Origin: Candidatus Woesearchaeota archaeon | Lineage (GTDB): Archaea; Nanobdellota; Nanobdellia; Woesearchaeales; JACPBO01 | Length of the DNA: 64,000 bases | Assembly: GCA_030651135.1 (NCBI GenBank) | Contig: JAUSCS010000009.1 | Location: forward strand, 22,844-86,843 | Reading direction: 5' to 3' | Made by a program: the position numbers and the translations under genes | Part shown: positions 46,670-56,047 of the stretch, piece after piece | Position numbering within the stretch: position 1 is the first letter of the stretch | Layout: every line of letters starts with the position of its first letter | Notes under the pieces: model-generated | What the model was told of the DNA's origin: nothing | The model's input: the letters and a program-made list of their open reading frames with translations, nothing else | Databases searched by the model: none

Positions 46670-49312
46670 TCATGGAAGTTCTGCGAAATTGTAAGCAGAT
46701 TTCCATGCCTTTCCTATTTTATCTAGTGTTGTCGAAACAGCGGGTGTTAAGTCAGGGCAGACAACTTTGAAATCTTGGGTAGAGTCTGTAAGCCCGATTA
46801 AATTATAAGGTATATGCGTTCTGTTCATCATATTCTCAAATTCTTTATGTCTGTGTGCATCTACTTCAAATAATGCTCTTGTAAGAGTTTCTGAGAATAA
46901 AAGCTCATGGTTTTCTAATGAGGAGAAATCCTTATCGCAAAGCGTTATTTGCATTCCATGTCTTCCACCATAAGCCATTAAAGCCAGGGCAGTCACAAGG
47001 CCTCCAGCTGCAATTATTTTTGAAGAGCGGATAATGCTTTCTTTTGGATCTGCATTCACACAATTTTGAACAATATGATGTAGGTCATGATATGTTCTTT
47101 TTGCTAACTGCTCGTCCAATTCCGGAACTTTATTACCTATATAACCATCAACATGGTACTCTGACTTTCCTCCTGCAAACTCGTCTTTTCCTTTTCTTTT
47201 AAAATGCTGTATCGCATAAAATACAGAGCCACCCAACTCTGCTTTAGTAGGTGAACCAACAAGATAAATCAGATTTCCAGGATTTTTTGCAAATGATGTT
47301 AATGTTTTTCTTACATCGTCTATAACTGACATTGCTGAAAAATGAAGCATTGTGGGAATATAGTACTTTTCTCCGTCTTCCACATGATTGTTATTGGAAC
47401 TGTCTTTGCCTACTATGCCTGGCGCTTCAAATAAAACAACCATATCAGCAAAAGTCTGATAACCCACAGCCATTCTTCCTAATTCCTCATCATCTCTTTT
47501 TATGTTTGCAAATGACCAATTGTCGCCTGTTGCCATATGATGGGGATTTCCTCCGGCAACTATATTTCTCATAATGCCCTCATCAAACATTGACTTAACC
47601 ATATTCCTGACGCTCTTTATTCCCCTTCTCGAGTTAATTGCTATGGAAATAACAGCGCCTTTATAGTAATCCATAAATGGCTGAATCACAGCAGCATCGT
47701 TTGGCGCATCATAATGAGGGCCTGAGAGTGGGCCGTGGACAGTTGCATTGCCTACATGATGGTCAAATTTCCTCGCCATAACCATCTCATTGCTTCCTAT
47801 TGTTGGGTAAGCCAATACTTTCAGAAAATCTTCTGTAAGGTCTTTTTTTCTTTTTATAATAGGCTCTGGCAATTGGAGCTCTTTGTAAATAGCTGTTCTC
47901 CTAACCTTTGGCTTGCCATTTCTTAAGAAATTAACATTCGCATCAAAAACAACAGTCTTTCCATTATTCTTCGTTAATCTGATTCTGCCATCTCCTGTGC
48001 AAGTTCCTAAAACAGCTGCAGGAACACCAAAATATTCCATTGTTTCCACTAATGTTTTTGCGTGCTGTGGCCGAACAGTTGCAGTCTGCCTTTCCTGTGA
48101 TTCTGACAAAATCAATTCAAGGTCTGTTAGGCCTTTTTCTTTTGTCCAAATCCTGTCTAGATAAAGAACTCCGCCATTGCTCATTTCAAACAATTCAAAG
48201 CAACTTGCATTATAGCCGCCGCCGCCAGTATCTCTTTGCTTGGTTATTATGCTCATTGGAAAAATAAATCTGTTAAGGACATAAGCCCATGCCTGCTGAA
48301 CAACAGGGTTTCCGATTTGAACTGCACCGCTTAGCCTTTTTGCCTGTTTTTTCTCAGTCTCTGTTAGGGCTCCTTTGCCAATAACATGCCCGCCCATTGA
48401 AGCCATGGTAGCGCCTTCTAAGCCATCTCTTCCTGTTGCGCCTCCCCATGCAACTAGCTTATCTCCGGGCATAATCCTTTGTGCCTTGAGATATTCGTCA
48501 ATATCCACCACGCCAAAAGCACCCGAGAAACATAAAGGATTGGTAGCAAATATTCTATTGGCATCTATTTTTGAGATTACTGTAGGAACTCCAAATTTAT
48601 TTCCATAACTTTCATTTCCCTTTACCCCATCAAGCAAATATTGAATCGGAAGATGAACGCCTTTAGGAACTTTTTTCAAGTCCAAATCAGGTGGCGGAAG
48701 GCATAGCACATAAGTTGCTCCTCTTAAATCACCAAGAACTGCCAAAATGTCTCTTATGTCTCCGCCTAATGCTGTTTCTGTGCCGCCTATTGCATAAATC
48801 TTGAATGGGAAATTGTGTGTTTCGCATTTGTACGCAAGGCCAAGCTTGACAAATTTCTTATGATCAAAACCAACTTTGCTGCCTTCAAAAACACCCATGT
48901 AAATTATGCCTGCATCGTCCTTGAACATTGATGCGACAAAATCTTTATTTAAAAATTCAGAAGCATGGAAGATTGTTTCCTTAATGAGGTTTTTATATTG
49001 CGTTATGATTGGCTCAACGCCATTGCCAAGAGAATAATCGAGAAGTTTTATTCTTCCTTTGCTTGTTCCATGCGCTGAATGCTCACACCACTGCTGATCA
49101 ACCATCTTAAGAAACATTTGTGCAAAATCAGAGTTTATTTCAATGCCTTTATTTTTCCAGTAGGGCAGTTCTTTTTTCATTTCTTTCTGAACAACTGCCG
49201 CCTCACCTGGAAGAAAAGCCAATCTGTGATGGGCAACAAAACTATCAAGCTCTTCATGTTTTAAATTCAAAAATTTTCCCCATTCAAATTTTACTGATTC
49301 ATCTATTGCCAT
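46670..49312 (-). CDS. purL: FGAM synthase II
   Basis: 880-aa PurM-superfamily tandem fold with many Gly-rich ATP-binding segments. Adjacent to purQ and purS-like. Confidence 0.8.
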   Translation of the reverse strand: MAIDESVKFEWGKFLNLKHEELDSFVAHHRLAFLPGEAAVVQKEMKKELPYWKNKGIEINSDFAQMFLKMVDQQWCEHSAHGTSKGRIKLLDYSLGNGVEPIITQYKNLIKETIFHASEFLNKDFVASMFKDDAGIIYMGVFEGSKVGFDHKKFVKLGLAYKCETHNFPFKIYAIGGTETALGGDIRDILAVLGDLRGATYVLCLPPPDLDLKKVPKGVHLPIQYLLDGVKGNESYGNKFGVPTVISKIDANRIFATNPLCFSGAFGVVDIDEYLKAQRIMPGDKLVAWGGATGRDGLEGATMASMGGHVIGKGALTETEKKQAKRLSGAVQIGNPVVQQAWAYVLNRFIFPMSIITKQRDTGGGGYNASCFELFEMSNGGVLYLDRIWTKEKGLTDLELILSESQERQTATVRPQHAKTLVETMEYFGVPAAVLGTCTGDGRIRLTKNNGKTVVFDANVNFLRNGKPKVRRTAIYKELQLPEPIIKRKKDLTEDFLKVLAYPTIGSNEMVMARKFDHHVGNATVHGPLSGPHYDAPNDAAVIQPFMDYYKGAVISIAINSRRGIKSVRNMVKSMFDEGIMRNIVAGGNPHHMATGDNWSFANIKRDDEELGRMAVGYQTFADMVVLFEAPGIVGKDSSNNNHVEDGEKYYIPTMLHFSAMSVIDDVRKTLTSFAKNPGNLIYLVGSPTKAELGGSVFYAIQHFKRKGKDEFAGGKSEYHVDGYIGNKVPELDEQLAKRTYHDLHHIVQNCVNADPKESIIRSSKIIAAGGLVTALALMAYGGRHGMQITLCDKDFSSLENHELLFSETLTRALFEVDAHRHKEFENMMNRTHIPYNLIGLTDSTQDFKVVCPDLTPAVSTTLDKIGKAWKSAYNFAELP

Positions 49313-49314
49313 TT

Positions 49315-49905
49315 TTATTTTCTGTAAATCAATCTCTGGTGCCTTTTGCTAATAGGGCTTTGCATAGCGCCCATATTATCCATGTCAATAGGAAAATAAA
49401 TGACTTTATGGCATTTCGAGTCAATCGGGCTTTGGTTTGCAATCACTTCAAGATCTTTTTTGTTTAATTTTCCTCTAAGCGTATACTGGCTTGCTGTTCT
49501 TAAAGAGCTGAGCTCTATTCCTAAAACATCTTTTATTGCTCGCTGGACAAATTCACCCTCCACATCACTAACAAAGGGCTGCGTCTTAAAGCCAAAGCGC
49601 AGAATCCAGTCTCCAACATGCTTTTTATTAAAATATTTTTCTGCAAAAGGATCAAAACCAGCATATAGGGCATAAGAATGAATGACGGGGTTAATCAAAA
49701 TTTCTTCCGCTATTTCATAATAGCCAGCATCATCATTTGGTTTTGTTTCTATTAGCCACAATTTAGAAATGTTTAGTTCATCAATTTGAAGCCCAAAATT
49801 TCTGACAAGATAGCCTTTTTGCCCGATGCCCTTTCTATCGGGCACTTTATCCTCTTTACTGTTCCCAACAGCGATAACTGAAATAGTTTTAGCTTTTTCT
49901 ATCAT
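49315..49905 (-). CDS. purS: Tandem PurS-like protein
   Basis: 196 aa, about twice the length of PurS. The second half (PFVSDVEGEFVQRAIKDVLGI) resembles the PurS core. Position directly upstream of purL. Confidence 0.4.
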   Translation of the reverse strand: MIEKAKTISVIAVGNSKEDKVPDRKGIGQKGYLVRNFGLQIDELNISKLWLIETKPNDDAGYYEIAEEILINPVIHSYALYAGFDPFAEKYFNKKHVGDWILRFGFKTQPFVSDVEGEFVQRAIKDVLGIELSSLRTASQYTLRGKLNKKDLEVIANQSPIDSKCHKVIYFPIDMDNMGAMQSPISKRHQRLIYRK

Positions 49906-50022
49906 TCCATCCCCTCTTGAAACAATTATGTAAAGTTAAGTGGTATATTTATAAACATTTCTATTCTAGAATGGTAACATTTAAAGATATGGCTGTAATT
50001 CAGATATACAAATAAACCAAAA

Positions 50023-50550
50023 TCATTTCTTCATCTTAAGCACATCAAGCAATTCATCAGCTTTCAGCAAAGCCAATCCTGCCTTGTTGCCGCATATCTC
50101 TACTTTTATGATCTTCTGCGGCTTTTCAAGATCAACATTCTTCCTGTCAATAACTTCGGTAAGCTTTAAAATAAGATCCGTTACGCCTTCCTTGTCATAA
50201 TGCCTTTTATTTAATTCCATCTTCCATCTGTCATTCGGCTTTATGCCTTTAATAAGGCCCTTTATTCCTTTCTGCATGTCTTTTACAGTGGATTTTACCC
50301 ATTTGTCTATAGGCGTATAGTGGAATGTCTGCTCAAATTTAGAGATGTCTTTTTTTGCCTTGTTTAACAGCGAGCTTACAATCTTCTTCGGATTTGGAGC
50401 CCGAATCATGAACACTCCGTCAATGCCTGACTTCAGAAATTTAGGCTTTACTTTCAGCTCTTTCAACAACGCTTCTATCTCGGCCTTTGTGCTTCCTGCA
50501 TGTGCAGGATCATATGTAACAATAAGATTTGCATCAACCATATTTATCAC
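50023..50550 (-). CDS. Hypothetical basic protein (possible THUMP-like RNA-binding)
   Basis: 175-aa Lys-rich protein. Weak resemblance to small archaeal THUMP proteins. Confidence 0.3.
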   Translation of the reverse strand: MINMVDANLIVTYDPAHAGSTKAEIEALLKELKVKPKFLKSGIDGVFMIRAPNPKKIVSSLLNKAKKDISKFEQTFHYTPIDKWVKSTVKDMQKGIKGLIKGIKPNDRWKMELNKRHYDKEGVTDLILKLTEVIDRKNVDLEKPQKIIKVEICGNKAGLALLKADELLDVLKMKK

Positions 50551-50745
50551 CCCTTATTGCAGCTATATGTTATTTAGTATTTATAGTTTTTGTTTTAGGC
50601 TCCTCCGCTTCTTTTCCCTTCTCTTCATCTTCTTCAATAAAGAGCCCAATTGCCTGTCAAAAACCACCCATCATAGATGGGTGGCATGTAGCTGCGTTCC
50701 ATCGCATCAGGCGGTTAATTGGAAATGTTCACATTTCCAATTTGC

Positions 50746-51303
50746 TCAAAAATGCAAACATTTTTGACATTTGAGCATGCTCAGAATTTTCCACATATGA
50801 AAAAGGTTGGCTTTCTGCCACCAGTCAAAGACTGGATGGAAAATTCTGACATTTCCATGATACTCTTTTATCTTCTCTTCATTTAGATTAGCCATAAGAT
50901 TGCTCATCTCTGTAATGAATTCTTCAGCAATCTTGATAGAATTAGATGCTTCTTTCTGGTTAACTGCAAAATCAACATAGTACTGCTTGTCTACCCTCTC
51001 AGATTTTGCATTTGAAATTTTGGCATTGTCAATTCCAAATGCTTTTTTGAGAAGTATTATTGAGGCAGCATGATTTTCGCATTTTATGCCTATCCTAAAC
51101 AATGCCGCAAGAAGGCAATGGTACATGGAATAATATGCCAATGCAACTGCGTCTTTAAGGTTGCCTATCTTCAATAGAGCCTTTGCTGAAGATAAAGATT
51201 CATTTGACCTTAGGATGTACGCTTCTTTAATATCCTCACTTGGCTCAACTTCCTGCAGTTTTTCCTGCTTATGCAGCTTAATCAAAAAATTTATTTTTGT
51301 CAT
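50746..51303 (-). CDS. HEPN-like protein (paralog of 31256-31885)
   Basis: Shared LAYYSMYHCLLAALF segment. Overlaps the upstream HTH-MNT gene. Confidence 0.4.
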   Translation of the reverse strand: MTKINFLIKLHKQEKLQEVEPSEDIKEAYILRSNESLSSAKALLKIGNLKDAVALAYYSMYHCLLAALFRIGIKCENHAASIILLKKAFGIDNAKISNAKSERVDKQYYVDFAVNQKEASNSIKIAEEFITEMSNLMANLNEEKIKEYHGNVRIFHPVFDWWQKANLFHMWKILSMLKCQKCLHF

Positions 51304-51835
51304 AGTAAATCTCAGTGCCTTTTATTATCACATGATTTTTTTCTATTTCTTTAATAAGCAGGCTATCCTTATTATAGCTGCCTATTTTTACGCTTATTTT
51401 TGAATCTATCTGCTCCACTTCTTCTTTTAGCTTAGCATCTTTGGTGTCTATGTAGATATCAATGTCGCTGCCTTTAGCTGCAATGCCTTTTGCATATGAG
51501 CCAAATAGGATTGCCAAGCTTATTTTTTGATTTCTCCTGATTAGCTCTATGATCCTCCTTAAATGAGGGTACTTCTTTAATATCTCTAATAGCTTATGCG
51601 GTTCAACAAGATAAGCATATTGCTTTGCCTCCAGTGTTTTTTTCAGAAAAAATACCTTATTTCTTCCTTCTTGCTTAAAATCAACAATATTATCTCCGTA
51701 CAATTCATGGACTTTTCTTGCAATGGTGGTTTGATTGGTTTTTAACAGCCTAGCAAGCCCTCTGATGTGATTGTCGCTCTTGAAAAGCGATTCGATGATT
51801 TTAATATTGTAATTATTTTGTGACATATGTAACAA
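51278..51835 (-). CDS. HTH-fused minimal nucleotidyltransferase (paralog of 31882-32490)
   Basis: N-terminal HTH plus LAILFGSYAKGIAAKGSDIDIYIDT. Confidence 0.6.
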   Translation of the reverse strand: MLHMSQNNYNIKIIESLFKSDNHIRGLARLLKTNQTTIARKVHELYGDNIVDFKQEGRNKVFFLKKTLEAKQYAYLVEPHKLLEILKKYPHLRRIIELIRRNQKISLAILFGSYAKGIAAKGSDIDIYIDTKDAKLKEEVEQIDSKISVKIGSYNKDSLLIKEIEKNHVIIKGTEIYYDKNKFFD

Positions 51836-51865
51836 TAATATTACAGTACTATATAAATGTTTCGT

Positions 51866-52366
51866 TTAAGGCATTGCATTTTTCCACATATCCTCAAAGA
51901 ATTCCCTGTAGTATTCATAATTTTGTTTGGAATGAATAATAAAGGCAGTTGGTTTCTCATGCCAGACCACAGTCATTACATTGCCATTAAATATGAAGAT
52001 TCCTATTGGTATTGATTGTTCTGTAAATCTAAATCTCATTCCTGGATGTTTATGATGCTCTAATAGAGTATCTTTTAGCTTAATATTGGATATTAATCTT
52101 GCTTTAATTCCTTTCTCAATTCTTTTTTTATGAAAATTCTGAAAAAATATGATAGTTTCCTTTAATTTAAGCTCTTCTCCCAGTGTAAAAACAAGATATT
52201 CTTCTCCTTTATTCAGCGTTTCCAGAATAAGGTTGAATGCTGATTTCATACCCTCTAATGACTCATAAACAACAGCTTCCTGCTTTTCTTCAGCAAGCTT
52301 TCTTCTTTGCTCTATCTGCGGGATTATGTTTTCTTCAAGCTCTTTCTTCTGCTCCTGAATCTGCAA
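51866..52366 (-). CDS. TrmB C-terminal-domain-only protein (no HTH)
   Basis: The C-terminal 130 aa are collinear with the C-domain of the TrmB regulator at 30517-31254 (...FEDMWKNA vs ...FKLMWKQA). The N-terminus is a coiled coil rather than an HTH. Confidence 0.4.
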   Translation of the reverse strand: MQIQEQKKELEENIIPQIEQRRKLAEEKQEAVVYESLEGMKSAFNLILETLNKGEEYLVFTLGEELKLKETIIFFQNFHKKRIEKGIKARLISNIKLKDTLLEHHKHPGMRFRFTEQSIPIGIFIFNGNVMTVVWHEKPTAFIIHSKQNYEYYREFFEDMWKNAMP

Positions 52367-52543
52367 CTTCTTTTTTAACCTGCTCGTAAGGAGGAAAGAA
52401 ATTAATCAAATTGTTTAAGTCTCTTTCGTATTCTTCTTTTGAAGGAAACTTCAGCTTAGAAAGGCTGCTTTTTTCCTCTTTTAACTTTTCAAAAAGAAGC
52501 TTCTCATCTATTTCAACTTTCTTATTCAGAAGAATCCAGATAA

Positions 52544-54037
52544 TTACACAACAACAACGCCATCAAACTCTTTAATAGCTGAAACAGCATAATCCAGCTT
52601 TCTCTGGCTTTCTGCGTATACTGTAAATAATGTTTCGTCTTTATTCACTTTATCGCCGACATGCTTGTAAAGATAAACACCTGCTCCCTTGTTCTGCGGA
52701 GCGCCTGCAATCCTTGCGATCTTTGATATTGAATGATTATTCACAATCTTAACAACACCTTGTTTTGGCGAAAGCACAGTATAGGCAAACTCGCCGATTT
52801 TTATGTCCTGCGGCATAATTTCTTTTCCGCCCTGCGCTTTTATTATTTCAATAAATTTTTTGTAAGCTCTTCCATCATTCACTATTTCAGATGCCTTTTT
52901 CAGGCCCTCTCCCTTCTTCGCTTTATACCCCATTTCAAGCATCATACCGGCCATATTCAGTGCTTTTATTCTCAAATCCTGAGGCCCTCTGGGATCATTT
53001 CTTAAAATCCATAAAACATCACGAGCTTCAAGGCTAGGCCCGATTCCATTTCCTATTGGCTGCGTACCATCAGTTAAAATAACTTTAACAATCATCCCAA
53101 GAGCTTTAGCTAATTCTTCAAAGCCTTTTTTTAACTGCAATGCTGATTTTTTATCCAAAATTTTCGAGCCCTTGCCATAAGGAATGTCAATCAAAACATG
53201 CGTTGCAGAAACAGATGCCTTTTTTGCCATAACGCTGGCAAGCAGCTGCGATTTTGCATCTATTGCAAGAGGCTTTTCAACTTTTATAATCTTATCATCT
53301 GCAGGAGCGAGATTAAGAGCGCCGCCCCACACTAAGCAGCCATTTGTCTTTTCAACAATCTTTTTCATTTTAGGAAGCGGAATATTGACATTTGTAAGCA
53401 CTTCAACTGTGTCTGCTGTTCCAGCTGGGCTTGTAATGCTTCTCGAAGATGTTTTTGGAATTGCCAGGCCAGCTGCTGCAATTATCGGAACTATTATCAT
53501 TGTTGTCCTGTTGCCAGCAACGCCTCCAGAGCAGTGCTTGTCCATAACAGGATAGCGGTGCAGCTTTAGCTTTTCGCCAATGTCAGACATTGCCTTTGTC
53601 AGCAAAGCTGTCTCTTTCATAGTCATTCTGTTTGCATAGCAGGCAGAAACAAAGTAAGTGAGCTCTATTGCATCCAGCTTGTTGTGCACAATGTCCCACA
53701 CAATCTGGTCAATCTCTTTTTTATCCAAAGTTCCGCCGTCAAGCTTCTTCTTTATAAAATCAATTGACAAGGGCTTTCTTGCAGGAATTATCTCAACAAT
53801 GTCCTTGTCTTTTAAATTCAGAGAATCAATAATCTCCTCGAAAACTCCGATATGCCCTTCTGGAACAGCCTTTTCGCTTTCTGCAATATCAAGCACAACA
53901 GTTTCAAGCTTGTTTCCTTTTTTTATTTTAATCCTGTCCAATGCATGCAAATCCATTTTTGCAGCATCTTTTTGGTTGAGTATTGCCACTAAAACATCCC
54001 CTGTTGCAATATCCATGTCTTTGACAATTAATTTCAT
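52544..54037 (-). CDS. AMP phosphorylase (thymidine phosphorylase family, archaeal long form)
   Basis: DKHCSGGVAGNRTTMIIVPIIAAAGL matches the pyrimidine-nucleoside phosphorylase signature. The N-terminal extension and 497-aa length are typical of archaeal AMPpase. Confidence 0.75.
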   Translation of the reverse strand: MKLIVKDMDIATGDVLVAILNQKDAAKMDLHALDRIKIKKGNKLETVVLDIAESEKAVPEGHIGVFEEIIDSLNLKDKDIVEIIPARKPLSIDFIKKKLDGGTLDKKEIDQIVWDIVHNKLDAIELTYFVSACYANRMTMKETALLTKAMSDIGEKLKLHRYPVMDKHCSGGVAGNRTTMIIVPIIAAAGLAIPKTSSRSITSPAGTADTVEVLTNVNIPLPKMKKIVEKTNGCLVWGGALNLAPADDKIIKVEKPLAIDAKSQLLASVMAKKASVSATHVLIDIPYGKGSKILDKKSALQLKKGFEELAKALGMIVKVILTDGTQPIGNGIGPSLEARDVLWILRNDPRGPQDLRIKALNMAGMMLEMGYKAKKGEGLKKASEIVNDGRAYKKFIEIIKAQGGKEIMPQDIKIGEFAYTVLSPKQGVVKIVNNHSISKIARIAGAPQNKGAGVYLYKHVGDKVNKDETLFTVYAESQRKLDYAVSAIKEFDGVVVV

Positions 54038-55044
54038 TTTTGGATAGACTCCCTATAGAATTCAATTATGTTTACAAACAATGTCATGATGGCTGGGCCT
54101 ATCAGCACGCCTACAAAGCCGAACAAAACCAGGCCGCCTAAAACTCCGATAAGCACAAAAACAGGATGAAGCTTTGACCTGTCGCCTATAATTTTCGGCT
54201 TTATTATGTTATCAATGGTTGAAATCAGCAGCGCGCCATAAATTAAAAGCCCGATGCTCAGAAAGATTTCAGTGTTGCTGCCGGCATAATAGCCGTTGAT
54301 TAGCTTAATTAATGCAGCTGGCAGCCAGACAACCCATGACCCTACAAAAGGTATCATTGCTGCAATCGTCAGTATAAGGGCCCAGAATATAGGATGATCA
54401 ATCCTGAAAATATAGAATCCTATCAAGCCTATTATGCCCTGGATAATTGAAACAATTATTGTGCAGAATACAACAGCATAAAGCATGCTCCCAATTCCCT
54501 TTTCAAGAGTCTCTTTTTGTTTTTCTTTCAGCGGAAGGATTTCTTTTATCCTTTTCAGCAGCTGCTCGCCGTTAACTAAAAGGAAGAATATTGTGAAGAG
54601 CGCAACAAACATGGATATTAGCTTTTTTGGGATGCTTAGCAAAAATCCTGAAGCCTGGTCTGATATGAAAGAAGCAGAGTCTTTTAAGAGCTGCGTTATA
54701 TAGTTATTTATGTTTTCATTGATAAAAATTTTAAAACCCTCTATGGCAAAGCCGCCTTTGGCTGCGCTGTATACAGAATATGCCTGTTTGTAAAGCGCTC
54801 CTATCAGCAAAGACGCTGCTGCTATTGAGATCAGCAATATGAGAATAACTGTTATTGATGCAGATAAGTATGGCCTTTTTGTTTTTGCCAGAAGCCATCT
54901 GTAAACCGGATAAAAAATGTAAGCAACAACTGCAGCTGTAAGCAATGCTTCAATGAATGGCCTTGCAATTAAAAAAGCAAGAATGAAGATGACAACAGCC
55001 AAAACAATGAAAAACACGCCCCTGTATTGCTTGATTTGAAACAC
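54034..55044 (-). CDS. AI-2E family (PerM/YhhT-like) permease
   Basis: Eight predicted TM segments in the AI-2E topology. GTG start preceded by AAAGAGG. Confidence 0.65.
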   Translation of the reverse strand: MFQIKQYRGVFFIVLAVVIFILAFLIARPFIEALLTAAVVAYIFYPVYRWLLAKTKRPYLSASITVILILLISIAAASLLIGALYKQAYSVYSAAKGGFAIEGFKIFINENINNYITQLLKDSASFISDQASGFLLSIPKKLISMFVALFTIFFLLVNGEQLLKRIKEILPLKEKQKETLEKGIGSMLYAVVFCTIIVSIIQGIIGLIGFYIFRIDHPIFWALILTIAAMIPFVGSWVVWLPAALIKLINGYYAGSNTEIFLSIGLLIYGALLISTIDNIIKPKIIGDRSKLHPVFVLIGVLGGLVLFGFVGVLIGPAIMTLFVNIIEFYRESIQK

Positions 55045-55061
55045 CTCTTTTTAAGTTATAA

Positions 55062-55214
55062 TGGGCCCAGCCGGACTTGAACCGACGACATTCACCAGTT
55101 TGAACGTTTTACGCTAGTCAAGGCAGCGTCACTCGCTTCGCTCGTTCCGAGCCTCGACTCACTTCGCTACGCTCGTTCGTCAAGGTGACATCATAGCCAC
55201 TAGATCATGAGCCC
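55062..55214 (-). tRNA. tRNA-Val (anticodon GAC) with 80-nt intron after position 37
   Basis: Folded by hand. Acceptor GGGCUCA/UGGGCCC pairs 7/7 (one G-U), discriminator A. D-loop AGUGG. Anticodon stem UCACC/GGUGA, loop UUGACG|U. T-arm GUCGG-UUCAAGU-CCGGC. Exons 55178-55214 and 55062-55097. The intron 55098-55177 is GC-rich, and AACG/CGUU pairing at its ends fits a bulge-helix-bulge. Confidence 0.7.
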
Positions 55215-55351
55215 TTCAATATGCAACCATAAACGAGAATTCATTTATATAGCTTTTGCTTCTTTAGTAAGCGACAAAAATAAGCCATAGAATAAATCGC
55301 TTACTAAGGTTTGCCAGACATAACAATTTTATGAGTTATTTATGTCTGGCA

Positions 55352-55585
55352 TTACTTTTTGTCTTTGGCTTTTACAACAAAGTAATATATGATCGCTCCG
55401 ATTAAGCCGACTAAAACTAGTACCAGAATCCAGACGATCTTTTCTGTTTCGTCCTTGAATGTTCTTTTCGCGCAGTCAATTATCATGAAGATCCAGAAAA
55501 TAAAGGCAAGGATGAATATTGCCATAAAGATTAAGAACAGTAATGAAATGAAGATGCCCATCCACATTGCTGTTTCAGCTGCCAT
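55352..55585 (-). CDS. Small two-TM membrane protein
   Basis: 77-aa hydrophobic protein with a C-terminal Lys cluster. Confidence 0.3.
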   Translation of the reverse strand: MAAETAMWMGIFISLLFLIFMAIFILAFIFWIFMIIDCAKRTFKDETEKIVWILVLVLVGLIGAIIYYFVVKAKDKK

Positions 55586-55652
55586 TTTAACACATCATCT
55601 TATTGTCATTTAAATACTTTTAGATAAAGCACATTAGCAGATACACTTAGCT

Positions 55653-55898
55653 CTATCGCGGGTTTCTACAACAAGATGCGGATATATGCAAATATTGAAA
55701 TGGGCCTTGAACTTCAACAACCACTTCATTTTTGTTGATGTTGAATTTGTCATAGCCAAGCTTCCTTATTCTTTCACCAAGATTATCCCTGCTGATCAAT
55801 GGCGGTGTTGCGCAATTATAGCAAGGCAGTCTGGGCATATATCTGCCTTCAGGCAGTTCGCGTATCTCTGTTTCTTTTCCTTCATATAAAACTTTCAT
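55653..55898 (-). CDS. Small Cys-containing hypothetical protein
   Basis: 81-aa ORF with CYNC and SASCC. Confidence 0.25.
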   Translation of the reverse strand: MKVLYEGKETEIRELPEGRYMPRLPCYNCATPPLISRDNLGERIRKLGYDKFNINKNEVVVEVQGPFQYLHISASCCRNPR

Positions 55899-55924
55899 TA
55901 TAACGCCCCCTTTATGTTAATAAA

Positions 55925-56008
55925 GAGCCTCCGACGAGAGTTGCACTCGCGACCTCCACCTTTTTAGCACGATACCAAGGTGGCGCAATAGCTACTATGC
56001 TACGGAGG
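55925..56008 (-). tRNA. tRNA-Thr (GGU)-like gene with 11-nt intron and atypical T-loop
   Basis: Acceptor GCCUCCG/CGGAGGC is a 7/7 Watson-Crick stem, discriminator U. Anticodon stem CCACC/GGUGG, loop UUGGUA, then intron UCGUGCUAAAA (55961-55971), then A. T-stem GCGAG/CUCGU. The T-loop reads UGCAACU instead of UUCRAAU and the D-loop reads AGUAGC (A in place of G18), so this is possibly a divergent or pseudo-tRNA. Confidence 0.4.
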
Positions 56009-56047
56009 CATAACAGTTGTTTTTTATTTGTTATTTATAAAGTTTGT

